A stretch of 63,149 nucleotides of DNA, filler included, from Octopus bimaculoides (Eukaryota), in assembly GCF_001194135.2 (NCBI RefSeq). It is 5 parts of 5 records of this genome, joined end to end, with 100 filler letters (N's around TTAATTAATTAA, not from the genome) between each part and the next. Parts side by side here need not be neighbours in the genome. Positions count along the whole stretch, not along the records: positions 1 to 15,640 come from NC_068991.1; positions 15,741 to 34,570 come from NC_068999.1; 3 more parts are not named here. One strand, written 5' to 3'. Of the stretch, positions 13,517 through 27,809 are shown piece after piece. The notes under the pieces are model-generated. The model made no database searches. It was not told where the DNA came from and was given only the letters and a program-made list of their open reading frames with translations. The first letter of the stretch is position 1, and every line of letters begins with the position of its first letter. Made by a program: the position numbers and the translations under genes.

Positions 13517-14639
13517 AATAAATAAATAGATAGATTGAGAGAGATAGAAACATTAAAATGTCTGATGTCAAATAAGGCATCGTTGAATCAACGATTCCAA
13601 AAATGCAGCGCCAAAACAGCTGTGCAAAACGGTCCTACTCCTTCTACAACAACAATGCAACATCGTAGAAACAAAATACAGAAACAACACAAACATCTTT
13701 CCGTTGATAGAATGATGTGTATATTTTGCAGTCTTATTGTAGAAGGATATATGCGTCCGTCCTTGAAATCTGTTGTGAAGGGGAGTGTCACACCTAAAAA
13801 CATCACAGCAAAATATACTACGTCTATATTTCAACTAGTCCCCTCCTCTAAAATAATTTCAGGCCTTGTGCCTATAGTAAAAAAGGATTAATTTTAGTGG
13901 TGAAATGTCACAATCGGTAGAGCGTCCGTTCGAATAACTTGCAGTATATAATCTATTTCCATTCGTTCTGAGTTCAAACTCGTCGTGATGGATTCCGCAC
14001 TTTTCGTTTCTACTGAGACCGATATATAAATTCCTGGTGAAGTGGAAAAATCGATTCTAATTTTCTCTCCCTCTCTCCCTCTCCTTCTATTTTCTCCTTT
14101 CTTTCTTTCTTTCTTTCTTTATTTCTTTCTTTATTTCTTTCTTTCTTTCTTCCTGTCTTTATTCCTTTCTTTCTTTCTCACCCTCACCCTCTGTTTCTCA
14201 GATTCGGCTATCTTATATCTTCAGAAAGATCGAGTGCGACCACTCATAACACTCGAAGCATCGTTATCTCAAGAAATGGAGAAGAATTAAAAATAAAGCT
14301 ATAAATCTCTTCTCATAAAAAAAAATAAGAAACAAAACCTCTAATATAATACTGGAGCCGTCCAGTGATAGAATAACATCCATTGGAGCATGGAACGGAA
14401 ATAATAAAGAAATCGAGTCAATTATAACTCCACCCTGAACCCGCTTCGTATGTGTTTTATCGGTGCTGGAATGATGAAAATAAAAGCTATCTGCTGTGAA
14501 ATTTGAACTCTAGATACAAAGCGACGGAATTCAATACATCAATCCATGTTCTTCTGACGTCCGATATCGCAATTGCCATTGCGCAGGAGACTGTAATCCT
14601 TTTTTTTTTTTGTCTTACACTGGCAGACAAAACTGCATT

Positions 14640-14964
14640 CAACATCATCTTCGTCATCATCATCGTCGTTGTCGTCGTCTTCGCGTCGTCGTCGTCGTCG
14701 TCTTCATCGTCATCATCACCATCATCCTCATCATCAACTTTCTAGTCTTCGTCTTCGCCGTCGTTGTCATCAGCATCCTCATCCTCATCATCATCATCAT
14801 CGTCATCATCAACAGAATCATCATCAACACCACCACCTCCACCACCACCATCACCACCAAAACCACCACCACCACCAACAACAACAACGTCATCACCATC
14901 ATCTTCATCATCATCATGGTGGTCGTCGTCACTGTCACCATCAACAGTAGTAGCAGTAGTAGTG

Positions 14965-15021
<57 letters not shown>

Positions 15022-15150
15022 ATAGTAGTAGTAGTAGTGGTAGTAGTAGTAGTAGTATGATGATGATGATGATAATGATGATGATTATGATGAGCATGAA
15101 GAAGAAGAAGAAGAAGAAGAAGAAGAAGAAGAAGAAGAAGAAGAAGAAGA
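14640..15150. repeat. Compound trinucleotide microsatellite block
   Basis: (CAT/GTC)n, (CAC)n, (AGT)n, (GAT)n and (AAG)n tracts. Confidence 0.95.
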
Positions 15151-15601
15151 AGGCAAGTATATAAAAAAAAGAGAATTGTTTTAAAGAGGTGAGAATAGAG
15201 TTAAGCAATGCAGATTGACGCGAGCATTTAGGGGTTGAAGTCGGGTCTGTATTAATTAAACTGAAAGAAAATTCACAACTCAGAACAGCAATATGAGCAA
15301 AAACAACAACAGCTACAGTGACACGAACAACAACAACAACAGGAAGACGAACAACATTGTAGATTAGATCATCGTCAGTAAAAGAAAATTAATGATTGTG
15401 TTATATTTAATTTTCTACTCACTTCACAAATATTAATTTTGTTTTAGTTTATTTACTTTGGTTTTTGTTATTATTTTATTAAGGAAGGGTTGGATAGATT
15501 TTAAATGGAATTTCAGTTGTGATGGATAGGCGTGTGTCTACATAATATAGGTATGAATGCAGGTTTATGAATGTATGTGTGTGTTATTGCATATGTATAT
15601 A

Positions 15602-15640
<39 letters not shown>

Positions 15641-15740
15641 NNNNNNNNNNNNNNNNNNNNNNNNNNNNNNNNNNNNNNNNNNNNTTAATTAATTAANNNN
15701 NNNNNNNNNNNNNNNNNNNNNNNNNNNNNNNNNNNNNNNN
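15641..15740. other. Artificial scaffold-join linker (44N + TTAATTAATTAA + 44N)
   Basis: Exactly 100 bp. The palindromic 12-mer at 15685-15696 gives stops in all six frames. The same structure occurs four times in the window. Confidence 0.95.
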
Positions 15741-17235
15741 AGGGTCATAGCCCAACTAATTAGGGAGCGAGTCAGTTTAGATGAGATGCAATTTGGGTTC
15801 ATGCCTGAGAAAAGCACCACTGATGCTATATTTCTGGTAAGACAGCTTCAGGAGAAATACCTAGCCAAGGATAAACCTCTGTACCTGGCTTTCGTTGACA
15901 TGGAGAAAGCCTTTGACAGGGTCCCCCAATCCCTCATCTGGTGGTCAATAAGGAAACTAGGGATAGAAGAATGGTTAGTGAAAGCTGCATGAGCCATGTA
16001 CAGAGACGCTGTCATTAAGGTGAGAGTTGGCAATGAGTACAGTGAAGAATTCTGTGTAGAGGTAGGGGTCCACCAAGGTTCTGTCCTCAGCTCTCTTCTA
16101 TTTATCATAGTCCTCCAGGCTATAACAGAGGAATTCAAGACAGGATGCCCCTGGGAGCTCCTCTATGCTGATGACCTTGCACTAATTGCTGAGTCACTAT
16201 CAGATCTAGAGGAGANNNNNNNNNNGCTGGTGACAAAGGGTCTCTGTCTCAGAGTAAAAGGCAGACTGTATGACGCATGTGTACAAACGGCCATGCTTCA
16301 TGGCAGTGAAACATGGGCCGTGACTGCTGAAGACATGCGTAGGCTCATAAGGATGTGTAATGTCAGTGTGCATACTAGACAGAGTGTAAGTACCTTAAGA
16401 GAAAAGTTGAACCTAAGAAGCATCAGTTGTGGTGTGCAAGAGAGACGATTGCGTTGGTATAGTCATGTGGCGAGAATGGATGAGGATAGCTGCGTGAAAA
16501 AGTGCCACACCCTAGCAGTTGAGGGAATCTGTGGAAGAGGTAGGCCCAAGAAGACCTGGGATGAGGTGGTGAGGCACGACCTTCGAACATTGGGCCTCAC
16601 TGAGACCTTTGGAAATATGCTGTGCGTGAGAAGACCCGGCAAACCAAGTGAGACCTAAATCCAAGGCCTCTGCCAGGGGTGTAGCCAGCCCACTTATGCG
16701 TACCTTTCCTTCATTGGACACTAAACTCTGCTTGTGATGACCTGTTGAGCAAAGTGAAATCGAAATCGAACTAAATTTGACGACTGGCACCCATGCCAAC
16801 ATCGTCTCCTTCATTGGACACGAAACTCAGCTTGTGAAGACCTGTTGGGGCAAGCGAAGGTGAAATCGTGATGGCACCTGTGCCCAGCGTCGCCTTCATG
16901 GCACTTGTGCCGGTGGCACGTGTAAAGACATTTGAACGAGATCGTTGCCAGTGCCACTGGACTGGCTCCTGTGCAGGTGGCATGTAAAATACAAAATTTT
17001 GAGCGTGGCCGTGGCCGTTGCCAGTACTGCCTAACTAGCCTTCATGCCGGTGGCACGTAAAAGCACCCACTACAGTCTTGGAGTGGTTGGCATTAGGAAG
17101 GGCATCCAGCAGTAGAAACTCTGCCAAATCAGATTGGAGCCTGGTGTAGCCATCTGGTTCACCAGTCCTCAGTCAAATCGTCCAACCCATGCTAGCATGG
17201 AAAGCAGACGTTAAACGATGATGATGATGAGGATG
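15741..17235 (+). mobile_element. RTE-clade LINE, 3' portion (pseudogenised RT + 3' UTR + (GAT)n tail)
   Basis: QFGFMPEKSTTDAIFLVRQLQEK...FVDMEKAFDRVP, GVHQGSVLS, LLYADDL, HGSETW, RLRWY.HV.RM and GRGRPKKTW, with stops and a small gap. 3' end aacccatgctagcatggaaagcagacgttaaacgatgatg. Confidence 0.95.
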
Positions 17236-17442
17236 ATATATATGTATATATATATATATATATATATAGTGAGTAAATTGTGGTTTAGAGCGATAGCTCT
17301 GTTGTTCATAGTAAATGGTATTTCAATATCCTTCAGTATTTTATTTATATTTTACCTTTAAATGTCTAAACTTGCTAGCCCCTTTATTATTAACATTATT
17401 TTTAATAATGTTAGTGATACTTATTTAAATTCAAATTTGTAC

Positions 17443-17494
<52 letters not shown>

Positions 17495-18140
17495 ACAAAC
17501 AATGGCTAGCAGACAGAGACGTGAGTTCCCCTAAGCTGATTTAGCCAATTATGTTCTGTTCTATGTTTTATATTTGTTTATCTTGTTTTTATTGTGGCAC
17601 ATTTTGTCATATCCCTTATTTATTATTAACATTATTTTTGTACTTTTAAAGTCTTAATTCATCCATTTATACATTATCTAATGTCTTTTAGCCCCTACCC
17701 CTCTTTCCCATCACTGCATATAAATTGTCTGTCACAACCCATTTCGTAGTTTTGTAAATCCTCTAGAGAATGTTTTACATTTTTCTGTATCTCTTCCAAC
17801 CTTTGTGGCTAATAAATAAAAGAAACCATCGTCATCATCATCATCATCATTGTCATTATTATTATTATTACTTTCCCTTTTGTATTTCCAATTTATGTCC
17901 TGTCAGGTCAGGTCAAAACTATGGGCCTGAGGCTTGATAGAGAAATGTCACTTGATTGACAGCATTCTCTGTAGTATGTCAGTTTCTTCCTCCTTCCCCA
18001 CCGTAGAGCACCCCACCCACTCTGTAGAGCAACCTTCTGGACTATATAGATATTAAAGTTGCCCAGGATACAGTAGTTGAACTTTTCCTTTCCCTTCTAC
18101 ATGAATCCTAGAGCTTTCATAGCCAATGGTATTATTTCAG

Positions 18141-18664
<524 letters not shown>

Positions 18665-18744
18665 ATGCTTGTTCTATATTCCATATCCTGTTGATTTCAG
18701 TCTCCATGACTTTGTACTTGCTAATATTTGACTTATTCTTCATT

Positions 18745-19065
18745 CTTCCCCATGAAATGTCAGGTGATGAAAGATCTCCACTCAGCATAACTGCAAGCTC
18801 TGCCACAGGCCTGCTTTCAACATAGGCCTAAAGTCGCCAGATCCTCCTCCACTGTTTTCAAACAGGTCTTGACAGAACTGTCTTTCTTTCTATATCACAC
18901 TCTCACTTCCTCTCAAGAGAGTCTCGCATTTATCTCCTTCTAGTCATGTGTAACCCATGGCCAAGCAACTTCCACTATCTCAAGATACTGGTATCCCAGA
19001 GGTTATTCAGTCCAGCCCTTTTCCTGACTTCTTCAATCACAATGTGGTCACCCCAAGAAATTCTT
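18745..19065 (-). mobile_element. Old RTE-like LINE 3' fragment
   Basis: Minus strand reads ISWGDHIVIEEVRKRAGLNNLWDTSILR*WKLLGHGLHMTRR, the RTE post-RT W.D.I.NEEVR...W..LGH motif. Confidence 0.6.
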
Positions 19066-22000
19066 AATATGGTTCTAAATATATTCTTAATATGGTTCTA
19101 TCTACTTATACGTCATTAACCTGTGGAAGACAGCAATTTTATAGATTCTGCTGCTCTTTTTCAGGATCTCATATGCACAAGTCACTGTCAGCATGGTGAT
19201 GATGATTAGTGTACCCAGACTATGTTTGATGTTTTGGTTGATGAAAGAGTCGGCCTGAGCAGGCCTCAATTACTGGAAGACAGCAGTAGCCATCTTTCAG
19301 TATTTTGGAGAGTAGTATATAAATTACTTGCCTACAAGCAACAAGGCAGTAATTAAATGAATCATTTGATTGTCTTTTGTTAGAGATTATCGGTGTACTA
19401 ACAATAGGGATCATTGGAGTGCTAACAATAAGGAATCATCTATCTGGTACAGGAGATTCTGAAAAGGATTTTGAAGATTGACATTGTCAGGCTGTATGGT
19501 AGACTAATTAACAAGCAGTAAAACATTTGAATCTTGATGCCAACACTATTCCAGTTTCAGAAGCTGTCTAAAGCAAGTCTTGTATTAAATATTGTAATTC
19601 TTTGTAGCAATAATTTCTCAGTTGCTACAATATTAATGAGAGTCAATATTAATACAGAGAGGTAATATTTATCTCCACTTAAATGTAAATGATCTGTTAG
19701 AACAAACTTTGCTGTGGTAGAAACAATGAGAGAAACTCTCATATTGGCTTTAGGTGCAAAATGCACACTATAGTTATTATTTTAACCAGCTATCATTTTC
19801 ATTAAACATAGCTTCGTTTTCAAAAATTACTTCAAGCATTTCTTAAATTTTTTTTTATTAATTATCTTATCTACTTATACGTCATTAACCTGTATTGTCC
19901 TAGAGAATTTGTCTGGTTATTTTCAAAGGCGTGGTTTTAAAAGAATTATTTATCTCTAAACAATACCTTTTTAAACTATTATTATTATTAGGTGTATATT
20001 TTCTACTTTAATCATTTGAGTGCTTGCAATCATGTTTATACTATGTTTATGTTAAGCTTATCATATTTTTATTAATTTTCATGACAGAGTTATCTATTAT
20101 CATCTAGGTTATTATATTTGATTTCCTACATAAAGTATCTATTCTATAATTTAATTTATCCTCTCTCACATGCCTATTCTAAGTTGGTGACTCTTATCTT
20201 TTATAACAAGTTGTTTATTTAACCATGTATTTTCTATTGTTGTGAGTACACAAGAATATAGGAAATCATTTAACTCACTTCTATCACTGGATATTGATAT
20301 GCAATGGTGCTGAACTTCCCTTTGTGCATTTGCATTATTTATAGTGTTCCTTTATTTAAGTTTGTATTTAAGTATGGGCTTTCTAATTGTCATTATTAAT
20401 ATTTATCGATTTATTAAGATATTTATTATTCTTAATTAACAAAACAATGTAAATTTCAGTAAACTATTGCATTTAGAAAACAATACAGCTATTGTATATT
20501 GTTCATAATAATGCTTCTTTGCAATGCGCAAGATAAAACACTTGACTAAGGGGCTAAAATCAAATAAATTGATCCTCATTTGATATCTGGTATTAATATT
20601 ATTAACCCTAGAATGATGAAATGCTAAGCTGAAACTCTGAATGTAAAAGAATGCAATTATATACTGCGCAATATTTTTTCAGCTTCTTCTGTTTGCCATG
20701 CCATCTCCTCAATAATTTCAGATTTAGAAACAAAACTAGCAGTTTTAAAGGATACCACCAACCCCCAGTATTTATCTAATACTTAATTTAAACAACTCCA
20801 GAGGAGCGAGTCACAAGTTGACTCCAGCAGGATTTGAACTCACGACATAAAGAGTCAGAAGACATACTGCAAGGTATTTTGTCCAACACTCTGATTCTGG
20901 CAATGTAGCACATACAGAAGAGAAGGGATACATCTGATTGGCAAAGTACACAATACAAAATACTTAAAAGAAATAGCCATTCAGTGAGCAGGTCTCATTA
21001 AGTACTACTGTGATCCAACCTGTGAAAACAGAACTGAAACCAGCTGCTTTGAAGACAGCAGCCAAGTGGTGATGGTTGACCTTCTCAAGAGCTTTTCACT
21101 GATGTGTGTATGTGTGTGTGTGTGTGTGCATGCACACCTGTCAACAAAGATCATATAACTGTAAAATTCATGTCCACTAGACAGTAACTGTTGAACAAAG
21201 TTGATAGCATACAGTGCAAAGTTTGAAGCAAACAGCAATGATCTACTTAAAACATATTTTGGGGCAACGTAACTCACATTCAAAAACTGTTATTACAAGC
21301 ATAAACATTCATTTGTCGGCTCTGACAGAAAATGTGCTACTGCTTTGATAAAGTTTATATGGCTCTTGCATGAGACAAATCATCATGAATTCAAAATTAC
21401 CCTGGTCTACTGTAGATAATGTGCAACCATACAGGAATGGGAGTTTCAAATCAAAGATGCAGTGTGACCTTTGTTTGAGCAAAAAAAATACCAAGAATTT
21501 TCTCTCAAGATGTCAATAATTTGAACAAAAGAACTGAGCAGCTGACACCTTGTATGCACATGGCTAAATATCTTTAATGCAAATACACCCCTCTTTGAAT
21601 TTTGTTCTTGTTCAGAAAAATACATAAGTTTTTAAAACACTTTGTTTTATTGATATATGCTTTAATATGTGTGGGTGCATGTCTGTGTGTGAGTATATGT
21701 GTATAAGCATATGTGTATAACTATACTTCTATGTATATATGTATACATGGTATGGTTATATAATTTTGTGTATATATGTATGTATATGAGAGTACATATG
21801 TGTATATGTATGCATTTGCACAGGTACATGGAAAATAAGCATTTACATTACACACTCATTGTCTTTAAAAATTTTAATTAAAAGTCTTGCTTAAAAGTAT
21901 TATTTTGGAACATAAATTCTATGGAGTTTATGATGTTTATAATAATACAAGAACCAGAAATGGAACTAAAAGCAGCTGTTTTCACACATATGATTCACAA

Positions 22001-22379
22001 AGGTTTTTAAATGAAAGAACATAAGGTTAAGTATTCTGTTCAAACTTTCATTCCATATTTAAAAAAAAAAAAATATTCAGACAGGGGATATTGAAAAGAA
22101 AACTAGGCTCAGTTTACCAGATGATGATCAGAAATGAGCCTCATAGACCACAACCTTGGAGTTGCATCAACTGCCTACTGGGCATGCACTGTTAACCCAA
22201 CACGAGCATCAGCATTCTGCCTCTGTGAGGGGTTTAGGGGCATTCACTAAAATCTTTTAACACTGAATGAGACCCTATGTATATAGGTAAATCAATAATG
22301 AATGATAAATTCAAAGACAAAAACAAAAACAACAAAAGTCAAAGGGACATTCACAGTGAATAATATGAGGTGGACACGA

Positions 22380-22590
22380 GGTGATTGAGCTGGCAGAATT
22401 GTTAGTATGCCAGGCAAAATGCATAGTGACATTTAGCCGTCCTTATGTTCTGAATTCAAATTCCACCAAGGTCAGCTTTCACTTTCATCCTTTCGAGATC
22501 AATAAAATAAGCACCAGTTGAAAAGTGGGATCAATGTAATCAACTTACCCCTCCTCCAAAATTACTGGTCTTGTGCCAAAATTTGAAATC
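22380..22590 (+). mobile_element. SINE family A with CpG decay
   Basis: gagctggcagaattgttagtatgccaggcaaaatg...ttcaaattccaccaaggtcagc...gggatcaatgtaatcaac. Further decayed minus-strand copies at ~20550-20900. Confidence 0.85.
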
Positions 22591-22859
22591 AATATTGGTT
22601 TGATGCTCAATGAAAGATTTAGAGGGAAAGTTAAAAGTTGAAATATGAAATTTTAGACACGGCACTTCATCAGAAGAAAGTCAAGAGAAGAGGGTAAGCA
22701 GGAGGGAAGAGGAGACAGGAATGGAGAGTCAGAAGGAAAGCACATGGATGGCTACATGATTGAAAAGTAGCTGACATATATGTATTTGTATAAATGGGTA
22801 ACAATTTGACTTTTAAACATACTTCATTAACTATACATGTGTTCATATATATATATGTG

Positions 22860-22921
<62 letters not shown>

Positions 22922-22940
22922 AACACACACATATATATAT

Positions 22941-23922
22941 ATCATCATCATCATTTAGCATCTGCTTTCCATGCTGGCATGAATTACACAGTTTGACTGG
23001 AGTTGCTAAGCCAGAGAACTGTATCAGGTTCCAGTCTGATTTGGTATGATTCCTATGGTTGGATGCCCTTCCTAACACCAACCACTTCAAGAGTGCAGTT
23101 GGTGCCTTTTATGTGTCACCAGCACCAGCCACAATTTCATTTGGCTTGACATGTCTTCTCAAGCACAGCAAACTGCCAAAAGGCTTGATCACTTGTCACC
23201 ACCTCTGTGAGACTCAACATCTGAAGATAATGCTTCACCACCTCGTCCCATGTCTTCCTGGATCTACCTGTTCCACAGGTTCCTTCCACAGTTAGAGATT
23301 GGTACTTCTTTACTCAGCTGTCCTTGTCCATATGCATCACTCACCATACCAAGACAGTCTTGTCTCTTGCACACCATATCTGATGCCAATTCTGTCCAAT
23401 TTTTCTCTCAAGACACACTGTCGTACATGCACACTGACATTGCTCATCCAGCAAAGCATATTAGCTTCATTTCTTTCAAGCCTTCGCATGTCCTCTGCAG
23501 TTAGAACCCATGTTTCACTGCTATGTAGCATGGCTGTTTGCACACAGGCATCATATAATCTGCCTTACACTCAGAGGGAGACACCCTTTATTACCAACAA
23601 AGGTAGAAGCTCTTTGAACATTGACCCCCCCTCCCCCCAGCCTATTCTTATTTGAGCAACTATGCTCTCAGAGCATCCACCTTCTCTGCTGACTTGGTCA
23701 CCCAAATAACGAAAGCTATCAAATACTTTTAGATATCCCACCTGGCATTTCATGGAGTCTATTTTCTGTACATTTCTAGTGGTTATTGTACTTGTACATC
23801 TGCCACACACAAAGACTATTTTCCCTGTTAACCTTCCTCTGGTATTGCTGCACCTCTTATGTGTCCAAAGCTTGCACTGGGTACACTGTATGGAGTTTCT
23901 ACCTATGCCTATTCTAACACAC
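22941..23922 (-). mobile_element. RTE-clade LINE 3' fragment
   Basis: SFRYLGDQVS...RIGW..FKELLPLL..KG.SL, LHSSETW...RRLERNE, (GAT)n tail at 22941-22954. Confidence 0.9.
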
Positions 23923-23964
23923 TATGTGTATGAATGTGTGAGTGTATGTATATTTATACCCACT

Positions 23965-24135
23965 ACACTCTCTGAGTGGTTGGCGTTAGGAAGGGCATCC
24001 AGCTGTAGAAACTCTGCCAAATCAGACTGGAGCCTGGTGTTGCCATCCGGTTTCACCAGTCCTCAGTCAAATCGTCCAACCCATGCTAGCATGGAAAGCG
24101 GACGTTAAACGATGATGATGATGATGATGATGATG
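23965..24135 (+). mobile_element. RTE 3' tail / short RTE-tailed element
   Basis: Near-identical to 17070-17235 (gagtggttggcgttaggaagggcatccagc...ggacgttaaacgatgatg). Confidence 0.9.
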
Positions 24136-24139
24136 ACAC

Positions 24140-24374
24140 AGCATGATAGTTGTAAATGAGTGTCACTTTCATGCAAGTAGTATCATTTATTTCCTATATC
24201 CTACATGAATGTGATGGGCCATGGGGAAATAGTATCTTGCTTGGAAACCAACCAGTGTGGCTTGGTAACAAGAGGGCCATCTGGCAGTAGAAAATCTGCA
24301 TCAATAAAATCTGTCCGACCCATGCAAGCATGGAAACATAGACATTAAAACAATGACGACGATGATGATGATGA

Positions 24375-24378
<4 letters not shown>
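24140..24378 (+). mobile_element. RTE-tailed SINE-like family D (second copy at ~26630-26835)
   Basis: Shared body (gttgtaaatga...catggggaaat...gcttggaaac...agggcatccagctgtagaaaatctgc...catgcaagcatggaaa) ending in (GAT)n. Confidence 0.7.
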
Positions 24379-24413
<35 letters not shown>

Positions 24414-24837
24414 NNNNNNNNNNNNNNNNNNNNNNNNNNNNNNNNNNNNNNNNNNNNNNNNNNNNNNNNNNNNNNNNNNNNNNNNNNNNNNNNNNNNNNN
24501 NNNNNNNNNNNNNNNNNNNNNNNNNNNNNNNNNNNNNNNNNNNNNNNNNNNNNNNNNNNNNNNNNNNNNNNNNNNNNNNNNNNNNNNNNNNNNNNNNNNN
24601 NNNNNNNNNNNNNNNNNNNNNNNNNNNNNNNNNNNNNNNNNNNNNNNNNNNNNNNNNNNNNNNNNNNNNNNNNNNNNNNNNNNNNNNNNNNNNNNNNNNN
24701 NNNNNNNNNNNNNNNNNNNNNNNNNNNNNNNNNNNNNNNNNNNNNNNNNNNNNNNNNNNNNNNNNNNNNNNNNNNNNNNNNNNNNNNNNNNNNNNNNNNN
24801 NNNNNNNNNNNNNNNNNNNNNNATATATGTATATATA

Positions 24838-24955
24838 CGACGGACTTCTTTCAGTTTCCATCTTCCAAATCCACTCACAAGGTTTTGATCAACCAGAAGC
24901 TATAGTAGAAGGCACTTGCTCAAGGTGCCATGCAGTGGGACTGAATCTGGAACCA
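24838..24955 (-). mobile_element. SINE family C, 5' half
   Basis: cgacggacttctttcagtttcc...aaatccactcacaagg...aaggtgccatgcagtgggactgaa. Confidence 0.85.
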
Positions 24956-25012
<57 letters not shown>

Positions 25013-26477
25013 GACACATATATAAAATTTCTTTAACTCCCATGCTATATAGTATATAGCATGAAGTAAATCAGAGTTCAGGAAGTATTTACAATTTATA
25101 TGAAATACATATAAGTAGCTTGAATAACAAAATCAGTCTGTAAATGTGAAATTTCAAATTATGCTTTAATTCACTGAAGTTGAAGATGATCCTGAAAGAA
25201 TAATAGACTTCACAATAGCATTGGGTCTTAAGTTAAGGAAATAAACAATAATATTTAATTATATCCTCCTACTTTCTGTCTTCAAATCATTTCAGAGTCT
25301 ATGTTGCCTTTCATTCCAACAAAATGATATCTGTAATAATCTTGGGTCAAATCATTGGATAATACACACATCACCTCTACACAAGCCTGTCGATTATAAA
25401 CCTACCACATCATTACCTGACTATACTTCGATAGACTATACCTCTATACATGTGAATGTATATTGAACAGTGATTGTTTTGTCCAGTCTTTTTCTAATCT
25501 AATTACCATTTTACAAATTACCATTTTATCCTGTCCGTTTCTAAAATAATTCCTTGACAGAACTTTTCACACAGCTCCAGGCTACAGAAAACTTACAAGT
25601 AACACCTCACACAAGAAAATGTATGTGACACTAATGGAGAAAAAAAAATTTCCATTACAGAAAGCAAAAAATGTATTGAACTAACTTGTTCATAATTTTG
25701 TAGATCATTTCAAGAACATGCTAGTAGCACAAATATATATCATCATCATTTTAAATACATGCATACATACATACATACATACATACATACATACATAAAT
25801 ACATACATATAAGCATATATATATATGTATATAAATCAATATGAAAAGAGAGTACAAAATCACAGTTGATATTGAGTTTATCAGTCAAATTATCAAAATT
25901 GTAATAGTGATGAAATTGAAATAAATTGTAATCTTCCAATGTCTTTTCCACTCAATTTAGATTATTTATTTTGCTCTGCCTCCNNNNNNNNNNNNNNNNN
26001 NNNNNNNNNNNNNNNNNNNNNNNNNNNNNNNNNNNNNNNNNNNNNNNNNNNNNNNNNNNNNNNNNNNNNNNNNNNNNNNNNNNNNNNNNNNNNNNNNNNN
26101 NNNNNNNNNNNNNNNNNNNNNNNNNNNNNNNNNNNNNNNNNNNNNNNNNNNNNNNNNNNNNNNNNNNNNNNNNNNNNNNNNNNNNNNNNNNNNNNNNNNN
26201 NNNNNNNNNNNNNNNNNNNNNNNNNNNNNNNNNNNNNNNNNNNNNNNNNNNNNNNNNNNNNNNNNNNNNNNNNNNNNNNNNNNNNNNNNNNNNNNNNNNN
26301 NNNNNNNNNNNNNNNNNNNNNNNNNNNNNNNNNNNNNNNNNNNNNNNNNNNNNNNNNNNNNNNNNNNNNNNNNNNNNNNNNNNNNNNNNNNNNNNNNNNN
26401 NNNNNNNNNNNNNNNNNNNNNNNNNNNNNNNNNNNNNNNNNNNNNNNNNNNNNNNNNNNNNNNNNNNNNNNNNNNNN

Positions 26478-26521
<44 letters not shown>

Positions 26522-27809
26522 CATATATATACATATATATATATATACACACACATACATACATACATACATACATACAACAATCACACAAGGTCAAGAC
26601 AAGAAGACACAAACATACACATACTTACACACATGCATAAAAGTGTGATTGTTGTAAATGAATATTATTTATTTCCAGTATTCTGCAAAAACATGTCTGG
26701 GTCTGGCCATATCAGCTTGCCTGGAAATGGGTAATGGTTGGCAACAAGAAGGGCATCCAGCTGTAGAAAATCTGCCTCAATAAACTCTGTCTGATCTATG
26801 CAAGCATGGAAAAGGGGATATGAATATGATGATGATGAGGATATTGTTGTAGAGAAAAACAAGGTAATATAGTGAGTCAGAACCAAACAGGATGGCACTA
26901 AATGGACTGTCACTGTAATCTCTTATATCTCAAAGTGTTTTGATTAGAATAATCTCTCTACTACAAGTAGGCACTAAACTACATTTAATTCAGATACATT
27001 CCAACACAATTTTTCAGTTTTCAACTATCTTTAGATAACGCTTGTTTACATAGTTATGCATTTACTTTTCTGTAGACTGGGTTCAAATTCATAACATTTT
27101 TTTATCCCAGTTACAGAGAGGTGGAGTCCTACCTGCTTGTTGAATAGTTATAGTTCTAACAATAATGTATCTAAATCAATTTCAATTGCAGAGTGTTGGT
27201 GTTCAGACTATTTGTCCACCAGCCACAAGATATTTAAACCTATTCCAATTAATGGCTGCTAAAGACAATTTAAGACAGAACCAATCTCATTGTAGTATAG
27301 CTAACCAAATAAGATTGATAGTGTGAATAATTTAAGCTGTTCTCATAAACATGTTGATATTCTTGAAGAAAAGCCAGCTTTATTGCATTAACACCTTCAT
27401 TTAGAGCTGACTTGTTCCAGTTGTTATTCTGTTAATGAACAAATCTTATCATCAACACCTGGGTATTTGTGCTTCAAGGAATCTCTAACTATTCTCAGTT
27501 ATTCTAATAATGATTTACTTCCTCTTCATGCTGAACTTAAGTGTTGGTCTTCATGCAATAACCTTTTAATGACTTCCTGTGACAACTTGGCAGCAGAATA
27601 AAGAGCTGACAATGTTGCATACCTTGGCTAACCAAATATGTAAGGGCCTTGAATATTTAAAAAAATGATAAGTGATTTGAAGATGGCCAAGTTGATAGAT
27701 TATCAGACAATAAGGCTAATAAGTAGAACCAACTGTACATATCCTGCAACCAGCTGTGTACTATAAGACACATAATACTCAACAGCCCAGTCTACTTGTC
27801 TGTAAATAT

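Noticed and set aside
13535-13891. 118-aa non-repetitive ORF
   Set aside because: No recognisable motif, and the 3' end runs into a SINE family A tail. It is likely a chance ORF.
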